DNA of 63,473 bases, filler included, from Globobulimina sp. (Eukaryota), in NCBI GenBank assembly GCA_003354225.1. It is 57 parts of 57 records of this genome, joined end to end, with 100 filler letters (N's around TTAATTAATTAA, not from the genome) between each part and the next. Parts side by side here need not be neighbours in the genome. Positions count along the whole stretch, not along the records: positions 23,438 to 24,453 come from PIVH01025737.1; positions 24,554 to 25,569 come from PIVH01025738.1; positions 25,670 to 26,685 come from PIVH01025739.1; positions 26,786 to 27,801 come from PIVH01025740.1; positions 27,902 to 28,916 come from PIVH01025741.1; positions 29,017 to 30,031 come from PIVH01025742.1; positions 30,132 to 31,146 come from PIVH01025743.1; positions 31,247 to 32,261 come from PIVH01025744.1; 49 more parts are not named here. One strand, written 5' to 3'. This document shows positions 24,319 through 35,567 of this stretch, piece by piece. The notes under the pieces were generated by a model. It worked only from the letters and a program-made list of their open reading frames with translations. It was not told the DNA's origin and searched no databases. The translations under genes and the position numbers were made by a program. Position 1 is the first letter of the stretch; each line of letters opens with the position of its first letter.

Positions 24319-24453
24319 TCCGCGATGGCATGCCGGGCACAGCCATGCCGGGCTGGGGTGATATGCTGTCCGAACAGGACATGATCGATGTTATTGCCTA
24401 TATCAAGACATTTGCAGAGCTGGAAGGGGAACCTGATACCCAGCTTGATTACG
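24301..24453 (+). CDS. Bacterial c-type cytochrome fragment joined in frame to dynein (probable chimera)
   Basis: DLLRMIRDGMPGTAMPGWGDMLSEQDMIDVIAYIKTF is a cytochrome c distal-Met region. GC content rises abruptly. Confidence 0.75.
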
Positions 24454-24650
24454 NNNNNNNNNNNNNNNNNNNNNNNNNNNNNNNNNNNNNNNNNNNNTTA
24501 ATTAATTAANNNNNNNNNNNNNNNNNNNNNNNNNNNNNNNNNNNNNNNNNNNNTAAATCAAACAAATACAACAAAATCGCAAATGAAATAAAACATATAT
24601 TAGACACATCACGCACACAATTTCCAAGATACACAAAAAAAGATATTTTA

Positions 24651-25505
24651 TTGACTTTATTAAACACAAATTGGCAATTCTTTATACAATTTATTTCCAA
24701 TGAGATCCAAACAGAATTTGTAGGAGCTGATGGCAGTGCAATTTATTCGTTAATGGAAGTTGCATGGAATTGTAATAATTTGAGTGATTTATGTCAATTG
24801 GAATGGTTTAGAACTCAATTTGACAGACCTCAATTTGTAATGTTTATGAATATGTGTGAGTTCGGAGTTCCTTTTCCAGAATGTTGGGATCAACGAATTT
24901 ATATTGAGATATTAAAAAATTTTTATGACGCAAATGAGACATATTTACAATTGTTGATCTTTGCAGTTTTAACAGAAATGAATTCACAATGGGTACATAA
25001 CGATGATACCGGTATGAGACAAGATTTTGTTTTAAATTTTATAAACTCGAATGGTGTATATTGGCTGCTTACAATTTCAGTAAATGCATTCAAAAAAAAT
25101 AGAGATTCATCAGTTGGAAGATCAGGAGTCGTAAGTATTAGATTAATGACAAAATGCATTGATATTTTAAGTGCAATTTTTATGGATTTGCCAAGTGCTT
25201 TATTTTTGAGAAAAGAATGTTTGAAACTGTTTGATGACACAATTGGAATTGCCGAAGAAAACACGGTGATAAAGATTTTATGGTGGCTGATATTAAAAAG
25301 AGTATTTACAGAAAATATGGGCGATGAAAATCATATGAAGTTAATATTGGTTGAAATAAATTGGTTTCTTGATCAATATGATGGCGTGCAATCCATAGAT
25401 AATAATAACGATATAAGGGATGTTTTGCTTGAATTACAAACACAGCAGTTTACAGACAAAGACATTACGACTTATTTACAAAATATAATATCATATATAC
25501 AATAA
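24651..25505 (+). CDS. Hypothetical helical-repeat-like protein
   Basis: 284-codon ORF in AT-rich DNA with no specific motif. Confidence 0.5.
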   Translation: MTLLNTNWQFFIQFISNEIQTEFVGADGSAIYSLMEVAWNCNNLSDLCQLEWFRTQFDRPQFVMFMNMCEFGVPFPECWDQRIYIEILKNFYDANETYLQLLIFAVLTEMNSQWVHNDDTGMRQDFVLNFINSNGVYWLLTISVNAFKKNRDSSVGRSGVVSIRLMTKCIDILSAIFMDLPSALFLRKECLKLFDDTIGIAEENTVIKILWWLILKRVFTENMGDENHMKLILVEINWFLDQYDGVQSIDNNNDIRDVLLELQTQQFTDKDITTYLQNIISYIQ

Positions 25506-25669
25506 ACTTGAATTTGAACAATTTGTTTTTAATAGTGGGTGCAGTTAAAAAAAGGCTCTTCTTTCTTAANNNNNNNNNNNNNNNNNNNNNNNNNNNNNNN
25601 NNNNNNNNNNNNNTTAATTAATTAANNNNNNNNNNNNNNNNNNNNNNNNNNNNNNNNNNNNNNNNNNNN

Positions 25670-26320
25670 AATTTGTCAGATCTTGACACGAAAAAGATAT
25701 ATCAAAGTAATGCATATTCGCTTGCTTTTGATAATTTGCATCATGTTAGGATACGTTTGAGGAATTCCAAAGGAAAAACAAAAGGGAAGGACGTGATGTT
25801 AAGGATTGGTAAAACGAATAATAAAATAGACCCAGCAGTGATATTATATCATATTTATCATACACAAAAAAGAGATCTGAAGAAGATCCATAAACAGAAA
25901 TTGAGACATTATTATCTTTTCCAACCAATTAAAAGGAGCTTTAAATTAAGGACTATTAAGAAGTTTTGGAAAAAGGTGATCTATGAGATGGGGTTCTGGG
26001 AGCCGGAAAGGTACAGATTTCATGGTTTAAGAAAGGGATTCGCCACAACAATGCAACAAAAAGGGGTTCCAATGAGTTTGATTGCATTTGCTGGCAGATG
26101 GAAATTAACTGCTGCAATTTATAGGTATTTGATACATACACAGAGGGATTTGATTTGTTTAGCGAATATATTCATATATGGAAAGAATAAAAATAAATTT
26201 GCCTTAGATATGGATGGAAATGAATGTGATTTGGTGAGAGAGTTCAATAATAATAATGAGCAATTCTCCATGGAATTCATCAATGAATATCAGGCAAAAT
26301 TGTGTGAATATGAGATTTGA
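25670..26320 (+). mobile_element. Tyrosine recombinase C-terminal domain, DIRS/Crypton-like
   Basis: LRNSK...YLF...FHGLRKGFAT...IAFAGRW...AIYRY supplies the catalytic K, HxxR, W and Y. Eukaryotic AT-rich flank. Confidence 0.8.
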
Positions 26321-27364
26321 TATTAAGTAGTGGTGGGGGGGAGTATTTAGTATTGGATGTGTAAGTTGTTGATAAATTAGTCGATGTGGAGTAGGTTGTA
26401 TATATTTAGTAGTAATTTATATATATTATAATATATGTTAATTGGAGCGAGATGGAGATTGGAATAGTTTGTGTATTATGGATTATTGTTAATGTATATT
26501 ATGAGGTATAATTAATTAAATTTAAATTAATATTATTTTATCCACATCGATAATTGACAATAAAACTGAATGTTGTGTAGCGACAAAGGTTTCATTCAAT
26601 TAATAGATAGACTGAAGTGACTGACTCAAAGTGTTTTTGTTTTTTGTGTTGTTGGATTGCTTCTTTCTTTTTTCTCCCACCCACCNNNNNNNNNNNNNNN
26701 NNNNNNNNNNNNNNNNNNNNNNNNNNNNNTTAATTAATTAANNNNNNNNNNNNNNNNNNNNNNNNNNNNNNNNNNNNNNNNNNNNTTGCGTGGATTCATA
26801 TATGGCGCTAAGGAAGAATTATAAGTCGCTGATAAAGTTTGCCCAGTTGGCTTTCAGTTATATTAAAAAAGAAAATGATATCGAGAATTTTATTAAAAAT
26901 AGATTGAAAATATTTGATCAGAATCAGCATCAAAATAATAAAAAATATAAAAAATGGAGTGATCCGCAGTATGTTAAGGAATGGCTGGAAAAAAAGTTAA
27001 TGACTGCACCGAAAGATAATAAAACCAAAAGAAAAAACAAATTAAGAAAATTTCTATCGCCGACAATGACTGATTTAGATAAAAAATTGAATTTAAATCA
27101 AAATATCAATGATAATGATGTGTGATTTGATATCGATGTATTCCTTATTGTACGAATAATTAAAAACAAGTGTTTCTCATTTATTGTTTCATTGTTTATT
27201 ACTTTTTTTAATGTGTTTGTTTGTAACTTTTTTTTTCTTTGAAAATTGCAATTAATTATATGTTTATTGTTTTTTTACAGGGGGTGGAAAAGCAAGCATT
27301 AACAAAGTTTGCTGTACATAGTAAAACCTACATAGTTACTTTAGAATAGGACCTGTTTGAAACA

Positions 27365-27572
27365 CATTTGACTTTTTAGGCTTAAACTTCTAAACACTTC
27401 TTTTGTGATTGGCAAGGTTTTTGGGTTAGCTAGAGTGGTTTTCAACCTAGTATTCAAAGTTGACCTAGTATTCGAATCCTAGTATTCAAAGTTGAAAACC
27501 ACTCTAGCTAACCCAAAAACCTTGCCAATCACAAAAGAAGTGTTTAGAAGTTTAAGCCTAAAAAGTCAAATG
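27365..27572. repeat. Perfect 82-bp inverted repeat with a 44-bp spacer
   Basis: Arms 27365-27446 and 27491-27572 are exact reverse complements. The centre holds three CCTAGTATTC copies. Confidence 0.95.
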
Positions 27573-28334
27573 GATTCATTTAAAAGAAAATACAAATATA
27601 TTAACAAGAATCACTTTTCATTTTGATTATTTACATCATTTGCACGTAGCTTCCTGTGGTTGTACCTGTGCTGCCATCATTAGTTGTTTTATTCTCTCTC
27701 AATCCAAATGCATTTTTGCCTTCTCCTAAATATTTACTTTTAACAACATCATCAAAACTGTCATCCGAATTATCGCCTTCCTCTTCCAACTCCATTTTAT
27801 ANNNNNNNNNNNNNNNNNNNNNNNNNNNNNNNNNNNNNNNNNNNNTTAATTAATTAANNNNNNNNNNNNNNNNNNNNNNNNNNNNNNNNNNNNNNNNNNN
27901 NCAACAATATGGATCACAGACAAGTCTCGAGTTATTGCAATTTATTGCAATTAAGGATACCTAGGTCCTAGGTCCAAATGTATATTCATAATACACGGTA
28001 CAGAAACAGATTGTAATTATATCAGAAGTCCACAACAGATATAAAATATATTAAAGATCGAACAAAAAAGCTGAAACATGCTGGAACGACGGACATTAAA
28101 TGATTAAAAGTATCACAACACAAAACAACAACATTTCAGAGAAAAAAGCCAAAAGAAAAGAATATGCATTGAACAAAAAATAAATTAATTCGGATATGCT
28201 CGAAATTCCCTATTAAAGAAATTAAACAAAAACACAAACCAAATAAACAAAAAAAAAGGAAAATGAAAATTAAATATCTCAACACTATGTATTATTTTGT
28301 ACATTCAATATATAAATAAATATAGATATCGATA

Positions 28335-28916
28335 TTATTCGTAAGAGCATGCAATTGCCCCTTCTTCCAAATAGCCCATCATTTGATCCATATCATATTG
28401 ATCCGCTAAAATACCATTTTCTTTTTCAAACATGTCCCAGGTTCCTGGCCCCGGCTTAATTGTCATCGGCTCGCTGTCAGATATATTTGGTTTAAATTGT
28501 AACTGTTCCGAACCACTAAAATTATAATTATGCGATCCCATTTGTGTGCTCTTTGGCGGAGTGCTCGGTAAATGTTCATCAATCACTGTCAATTCACTTT
28601 CTTTTTCAGTACTTCTTTTTTGTTCACTCACCGCTATATTTTGTATATTTTTTCGTTTATTTCTGCGATTAATATTTCTGGTCTGTGGCTGTTCAATGTG
28701 TTGATTTGATTTCCGCTCATGGCCATTCTGCACTGTTGCTACCATATTGATACTCCCACCAACCATCTTGTCATTTGTTTTATTTTTATCTGTATCAATA
28801 TCGATAGCAAGCTCGGATGACAATGACATGGCAGGTTTTGCTGTTGCAACAACTGCAGTGGGCTGAGCTGACACAGTCGAAATGGACTTTGACTTTGGCG
28901 ATTTGGGCTGATCTAT
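28335..28916 (-). CDS. Low-complexity eukaryotic protein, C-terminal part
   Basis: Long open frame ending at a stop, followed by AT-rich 3' sequence. Confidence 0.5.
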   Translation of the reverse strand: MDQPKSPKSKSISTVSAQPTAVVATAKPAMSLSSELAIDIDTDKNKTNDKMVGGSINMVATVQNGHERKSNQHIEQPQTRNINRRNKRKNIQNIAVSEQKRSTEKESELTVIDEHLPSTPPKSTQMGSHNYNFSGSEQLQFKPNISDSEPMTIKPGPGTWDMFEKENGILADQYDMDQMMGYLEEGAIACSYE

Positions 28917-29016
28917 NNNNNNNNNNNNNNNNNNNNNNNNNNNNNNNNNNNNNNNNNNNNTTAATTAATTAANNNNNNNNNNNNNNNNNNNNNNNNNNNN
29001 NNNNNNNNNNNNNNNN

Positions 29017-30029
29017 TGTGGGACAGTATCGAAAGCCTTTGACAGATCGAAAAAGATGCCAACTGCATTTGTGAGCCCAGGGCACTGATTAAATATGGAA
29101 AGCACATGATGTTCAATCAAGTAATACCAAAGCATCTTCAGTTGAATGTTGGGGACGAAAACCATATTGTAGTAATGGTAATTTAGCATCAATAATAGGG
29201 CCCAACTGTTTGAGAAAACAACATTTGCAGGTTTCCATTCAGAAGGCATTTTTCCTTCAATCAAGGAACGGTTAATAAGCAGGGCTACCGATGATGCAAT
29301 TGTACCAGCAGTTTCCAGTAACATTTTTGAGGAAATGCCATCAGGACCACTTGCCTTTGTAATGTCCAGTAGACGGAGTTGTTCATATACCCAGTTGTCA
29401 TCACATAACCATTCAGCATCGATTGAAATATCTGATATTGGTGGGAATGGTCCATCAACACGAGAGAATACCCGGTCATATTGATCAGCCAATAGATTTG
29501 CTTTCCCAATGTTTGAAGTTGCTAATTGGCCAGTGAAATCTTCTAAATCAGGAATTTCGGATACTTTAGATTTTCCACACATTTTGTTGAGTGTTTTCCA
29601 AAATTTCGACTGATCTCTGGCACAACTTGCAAATTGCTCACTGTAGTAGTTCTTTTTTGCTGAAGCTATTTCTTTCCTCAATTTTGTTCGCAATTGTTTC
29701 AACTGGCTAAAGGTGACATGATTACTATTACGTTTCCATAGTCTGTATGCCCGATCACGTGTTTTGAATAAACTTCTGAGATGTGGATTAAACCAACCTT
29801 TGTCAAGCCTGGACCATGGAACAGACTTTTTTGGCACAAACTGCAATACAGCTGATAAGAAGGCAGATTTCCAAATAGTCCATGCATCTTCCATTGAGTC
29901 GGCATTTAGAACTATTGAGGGTAAATCAAGATCAAACAAAAACTGATTCAATGAAGGCCAATCAGCTTTTGAATAAAGCCAAACTGGTCGTTTTCCCTTT
30001 GGTGGTACATTGGGGGTTGCAAAAACATG
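29017..30029 (-). pseudogene. Degenerate non-LTR (CR1/L2/Jockey-group) reverse transcriptase fragment
   Basis: VWLYSKADW, KASGPDGIS..ML, EWK.ANVV and IFFDLSKAFDTVP are present. The YRPISL block is missing and QYGFRPQHST is in another frame. Confidence 0.88.
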
Positions 30030-30387
30030 GANNNNNNNNNNNNNNNNNNNNNNNNNNNNNNNNNNNNNNNNNNNNTTAATTAATTAANNNNNNNNNNNNN
30101 NNNNNNNNNNNNNNNNNNNNNNNNNNNNNNNGTTTGTTCCATTACAGGCGTCTGCAGCAGGCAAATGTTCACAACCGGCAGACGTATCAGATTGTTTTTC
30201 AAACGAGCAAAGGCTCGGCCGTGGACCAGCGAGGAGATTTCGTCCCTCCAAATTGCGTGAAGATGGTGACCGAAAGGTCAAATTTCCATTTTGCAGAATC
30301 TTTCTAGACAGGCCTATAGCCTTCATTTTAGGTTTTCGAATCAAAACATTGTCTCCAGAGGAACTCACACTTGCCGTAGGGCATGGA

Positions 30388-30425
30388 GCACAACATGTTT
30401 CGCCTAAAAAGGCATCATCAGGTGC
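30388..30425 (-). ncRNA. Minimal type I hammerhead ribozyme (Penelope-like element type)
   Basis: GCAC-CUGAUGA-U-GCCU(UUUU)AGGC-GAAA-CAU-GUU-GUGC: core, stem I, stem II and palindromic stem III. Confidence 0.8.
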
Positions 30426-30835
30426 AGCGAGTGCTCCACCAGAGACTGAGGGAAGATTATTCGACATTTCGAAAGATTTTCGTAAAAAACCTATACTTGC
30501 AAATTATGCAAAATTTTGTCTAATATTTTAGAGTCCTTTCTTGGCAATTGCCAACACAAACTTGAGTATTTCAAAATTCAGCCAATCGACTTTTTTTGCA
30601 AATTTTTCGAAAATGTGGCTGTTTCAAGTTTATGCTAAGAAGGAAAGGAGGCAATTCTCCAAACCAGCAAAAGCAATCGTATATTTCAGCAAATAATTAT
30701 TGCCCCTCCGTTTGGTCAGATACCTACACAGAGTGTATTCGCAGGCAAATAAAATTGCTACTCTGATTGGCCAGATTAATACTGACACAAAAAGCACGAC
30801 TGTACTGCAAGGACACGTCGTGTACTCAGTTTGCA

Positions 30836-31146
30836 AGCACGACTGTACTGAAGGGACACGTCGTGTACTGAGAATTAACTGGTGAGTTTTACAAACAACA
30901 CCAAGTGAGCTGAAAATAAGATGTGAATGTGTAGTCCCGTAGAGACTGTTGGGATATAGATCGATTGCAATAAGAGCGAGAGACTGTGAGGCAAAGCTCC
31001 GAGACTCTCTAGCTATCACAACTCTTATTGCAATCGATCTATAACCCCTACACATTCACATCTTATTTTCAGCTCACTTGGTGTTGTTTGTAAAACTCAC
31101 CAGTTAATTCTCAGTACACGACGTGTCCCTTCAGTACAGTCGTGCT
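30836..31146. repeat. Foldback: 99-bp perfect outer arms plus 22-bp inner arms
   Basis: 30836-30934 pairs with 31048-31146 and 30955-30976 pairs with 31022-31043. A related direct repeat starts at 30793. Confidence 0.95.
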
Positions 31147-31396
31147 NNNNNNNNNNNNNNNNNNNNNNNNNNNNNNNNNNNNNNNNNNNNTTAATTAATT
31201 AANNNNNNNNNNNNNNNNNNNNNNNNNNNNNNNNNNNNNNNNNNNNGGTCGCAAAGACCACTGTTTCCTTCTTTCATTTTTCATTTTTTCCAATAATTAT
31301 TTCCAATCCCATGATAATACAACGTGATGAAGATGCAGTTTGATAGACTGCATTTTCACGTTATACTGCAGTTTGATAGACGGCATTTCCTTCAAA

Positions 31397-31548
31397 TATA
31401 ATATTACGCCGCCTTAATACGTGACGGCTATGCTTATAATATTACGCCGCCTTACTACGTGACGGCTTTGCTTATAATAATTCGCCGTCTTAATAAGTGA
31501 CGCTTTCCTTCAAATAATTCGCCGCCTTAATACCTGACGGCATTTGCT
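31397..31548 (+). repeat. About 38-bp minisatellite, 4 copies, each with a GCCG..CGGC hairpin
   Basis: TATAATATTACGCCGCCTTAATACGTGACGGCTATGCT variants at 31397, 31435, 31473 and 31510. Confidence 0.9.
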
Positions 31549-31621
31549 TATCATATTCTGAGCTTGCATGTCATAGCAGAGGCTCGTGTTTAATCAAATA
31601 ATCCATTCCATTCATATCCAT

Positions 31622-31703
31622 TCCACACCGTAGGATTCGAACCTACATCCATTTGGTTTGTAATTCATTCAAACCAATGCTCTACCAATTGAGCTAGGTG
31701 CTC
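31622..31703 (-). tRNA. tRNA-like sequence (pseudo-tRNA or SINE head; possible GAA anticodon)
   Basis: D arm GCTC/GAGC, T arm GTAGG-TTCGAAT-CCTAC, intact A and B boxes. The acceptor stem has two terminal mismatches and the anticodon loop is expanded. Confidence 0.7.
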
Positions 31704-31908
31704 ATTTTTCTATTTTTTGCATTTACCATTTTTGAAAAAGTAAATCTTGACGAGGCAATTTTAGATTGCTTTGAATCGGTTTCATATGAATTTAATACTA
31801 AATTGGGTTAAATTCATTAATGGGAAACCGATTCAAAGTTGCCAGACTAAAGCGTAAGTGCCATGTATTTAACTTTGAAAGTTATAGCTTACAGAAAAAA
31901 GTTAGTTA

Positions 31909-32261
31909 GCACTAGCCGAGGACGATGAAAAACGAGCCAACGAAGAAAAGGATGAACAAGACATAAGGACGGAGACGAGAAGAAACGCAGATGAAAAGAG
32001 GCGAAAACAAAGAGAGAAGGAAGACGCCGATCGCGAAGAACCCCGAAAGAAGGAAGATGAAAAACGCGAACAAAAGCGACGGAAAGATGAAGAGAGAAGA
32101 AAAAAAGAAGCGGCATAGGCGGATGAAAGGCGTAGACACAAAGGCAGCATCGACACAGAAACGATGTACGAGCTCATCATGGCCAGCACCGAGAGCGCAA
32201 AGGGTATGATGGAGAAAGCAACAGAAATGATGGAGGTAAAGGTTAACTCAACTCCCACAAA
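31909..32261 (+). pseudogene. E/K/R-rich coiled-coil coding remnant with an in-frame TAG (32116-32118)
   Basis: ALAEDDEKRANEEK...KKEAA*ADERRRHK...MMEVK. Confidence 0.4.
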
Positions 32262-32361
32262 NNNNNNNNNNNNNNNNNNNNNNNNNNNNNNNNNNNNNNN
32301 NNNNNTTAATTAATTAANNNNNNNNNNNNNNNNNNNNNNNNNNNNNNNNNNNNNNNNNNNN

Positions 32362-33376
32362 ATATTTGAATTTGCATTCCTTAACATTTTAATAATAATC
32401 AAATGCCGCTTAACAATGGCAATGGTTAATGCTATCTGTCCATTACAATCAGTTCCATTCACATTCGCGCCGAGTGACAACAGCACATTTAACGAATCTT
32501 TTTGGTTATAATATGCCGCTAAATGCAATGCTGTGCATCCAGCAATAACCGCATTGCTGTGATTTGCATCAATGCCCAATGTTTGGTTCAAATCAACGCC
32601 ATACTCATACAGCATTTTAATGCATTCTTCGTGATTCGTCTGATCGGTAACCGTAAAATTTGGGAAATCCAAACATGAAAACAATGCGTTGAAGCCATTT
32701 GCTTTCGATTCATAGTTATAAACAAACCCTTTGTTATCAATATAATTTAACAGCAATTCCAAGACTTTTGAATGACCCAAACGACAGCAATCAATAATGA
32801 GCGAATCGCCATTTTTATTCACCACATCCACGCGGACCACATTCGTCGATAATAATATTTCTGCAAAATTTGGATTGCCACACTTACAGATTGCCGACAT
32901 TGGTGTATTTCCCTCGAGATTCGCAAAATTGACATCGGCTTTCTGTTTAATTAATGCTTTGATAATGGATGGATACACATTTCGCAATGTTTGTGGTGGA
33001 CATTTGACGCAGGTGATATACAACGGAGTGTTTCCAAATGCATTCGGGGTATCAATGGCCGTCTTATTCAATTTAATAAAATATTCAACGTGGGCTACGT
33101 TACCAGTTTCACACGCTTTGTATAGCGCAGTCTCGCCATTTTCATTGGTCTCAATGATTAAGTTTGGGCTATGTGCTAATAGCAATTTGGCCAAATTCAA
33201 GTATAATTGGGCCAGTTTTGAATCATACCTTGTCGGAATACAATAATTTAACAACATGTCGATAGTTGCAGTTACATTGTATTTATTAATCAGCACTTCC
33301 ACCATTTTCAGCATCCTTTTCTTCAAACACAAAATCAAATATTTATCAAAATCAATGTCAGAGTGTTTGTATGTGC
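32362..33376 (-). CDS. Ankyrin repeat protein (internal fragment)
   Basis: Multiple G.T[AP]L..A motifs (GETALYKAC, GNTPLY, GCTALHLAA). Confidence 0.93.
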
Positions 33377-33476
33377 NNNNNNNNNNNNNNNNNNNNNNNN
33401 NNNNNNNNNNNNNNNNNNNNTTAATTAATTAANNNNNNNNNNNNNNNNNNNNNNNNNNNNNNNNNNNNNNNNNNNN

Positions 33477-34491
33477 GTGTTTATACCATTTATGATTTTG
33501 CATTTTCTCCATTGTTATCCTTTTGTCACTGTCATAAAATAGCATTTTTGTAATTAAATCTGTCTCATATTTCTTCAGACCGCATTTTCTATGCAATTTC
33601 CAAAAAGATTGGTAATTACCATTCGCGATATGGCCGTACCATTTATCAGTGATATCTGAATCGCATTTATCACAGACAATTCATCGCGTTTTATACACAA
33701 GAAATATATAAAAATATCTGTACATATACCTGCGCACTTAAATGGGGGATATCCGGTCATCAAAATAAATAAAACAACGCCCATGGAAAATATGTCGCAT
33801 TTGTACGTATAATACAAGCCCATCGACGTCAAATCCGCGCCATTCTGCAAGATATTATTCATATTTACGATTTCCGGCGCTTGATACCCCCGGGTACCGA
33901 CGCGCGGATTTGATAATTTCACATTGGAGATATGATCCACTGCACTGATTTTACAGATTTTGCTGAGCCCAAAATCAGTGATTTTCAAATTATAGCCGTT
34001 GTCCAATAATAAATTCTGAGGCTTAATGTCTCTGTGGATGATGCCATGGCGATGTAAATGGGCGATGCCGTCGCATAATTGATGAAAATATGTGCGCGCT
34101 AATATGGCTTCTAAGTGCGATGTATAATATAATAAATCGAATAATTCGCCGCCGGGACAATATTCTAAGACCAATAATATGACCGCCCGGTCCTTACCAT
34201 TCTTATCTGGATATTTTTGATTTAAATTATACGCAATTAATTTGATAATTTGTGCGTTTTTACCAATGCTGCGTAGCACTGATATCTCAGTCTCAACCTG
34301 TTTGATTTGCGATTTTCGCAATTTGCCAGTTGCGTCTTTTTTGCGCTCCATAAATTTCAATGCGTATCGCTTGTTTGTTTTTACATCAATGCCCATTTTT
34401 ACCCAGGAATAGCCGCCTTTGCCTAAGGTTTTATCAATATACCATTGCCCTATTCGTCTTTTTTTTGTTTCTTTTTGTTCGACATAGTCTG
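33477..34491 (-). CDS. Ser/Thr protein kinase (CAMK-like)
   Basis: LGKGGYSWV, ALK, HRDIKPQN, DFG, APE and DIFSMG motifs. Intron 33656-33729 restores the C-lobe (…DKRIT…HKW). Confidence 0.95.
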
Positions 34492-34753
34492 NNNNNNNNN
34501 NNNNNNNNNNNNNNNNNNNNNNNNNNNNNNNNNNNTTAATTAATTAANNNNNNNNNNNNNNNNNNNNNNNNNNNNNNNNNNNNNNNNNNNNAAAACACTA
34601 AGAAATCAATTAAAGATTTCACCTAATACACAAGCAAGAAACACTAATAAATAGTATAAACAAACAAGGATACAGGCCCTTTTATTTGGGGATGAAGCCA
34701 ATGAACAAAGGTAAATAAAAATATTTGAAACTAATACAAAGTATATAGTTTCC

Positions 34754-35516
34754 TTAATCCGAAATGATCGGAGATATATTCATCAGGTCCACTTGGTATA
34801 GGTAGTTGAATCTTTTTGTTTCTCTCGTAAAACGAAGAAGGTTTTTCCAGACTTCTCCTTGAGTCTTTATTTTTAACTCCTCGTCAATGTCTGGAGGTCG
34901 GCGGATTGTGTAGGGATAAAATAGTTCGTTGATGCTGAATCTATTTCCATTCCTGAATCCATTCCAGATATCATGGAACGCGTTTATCATTCGCTTTCTT
35001 TGGTGTATATATGCTGGGCATTTGATAAAGAAATGGAATATGGATTCTTCTGTGTTGGAGTTGCATTGGGTACAATTTGGAGAGATTACTTCCGATTTAT
35101 CAGTATTTTTATATTTATGTTTGAATAGGAATTGGTTTAGTTCGATATGGCCCGATATGAATCTATTTAGCATTGCCGCCTCGTCTCTATTTAGGAAACG
35201 AAGAATTTTATTTATTTTATTATGTAATTTGGGATTTGCTCTATACATTTTGTAGCTATCTTGGGACGATTTTGTGTTTCTGCCTATCCATGACTGGCCC
35301 CATTGATATTGTATTTGTTTATGCATTTGAGTGATCGTGGTATTATATGTGATTTCGTTATATAGTGATTGGTCATACTTCGCATGTTTAGCTGCGAAAT
35401 TGGCCAATCTATCTACTTCATCATTGAATACATTATTGTTGTGTGATTTTATTTTATTGAAAGATATAAAGATATTTGGCTTATTATATTGTATTTGTAG
35501 GAGTTTAATGAATATA
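34754..35516 (-). mobile_element. Non-LTR retrotransposon C-terminus (RNase H end plus CCHC knuckle), interrupted by a DNA-transposon end
   Basis: KIKSH...NDEVDRLA (RNase H), SGHIELN, and CTQC...ESIFHFFIKCPAY...R. Confidence 0.85.
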
Positions 35517-35567
35517 CAGTAGTGTTCCCGATAAGAGATACGCATATTAGTACTAATATATATATTA
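35515..35567 (+). mobile_element. Terminal repeat of a Tc1/mariner-like element (copy 2)
   Basis: TA|CAGTAGTGTTCCCGATAAGAG..., 52/53 identical to the reverse complement of 63-115. Confidence 0.7.

Noticed and set aside
23451-24453. Genuine dynein-cytochrome c fusion or HGT
   Set aside because: Abrupt composition change, microhomology at the join and position near the contig end favour a chimera.
30084-31055. ORF-track proteins across the hammerhead and foldback contig
   Set aside because: No domain similarity; they overlap structured repeats and are probably spurious.
31397-31548. 38-bp hairpin repeats as CRISPR repeats
   Set aside because: Units are head-to-tail with no spacers.
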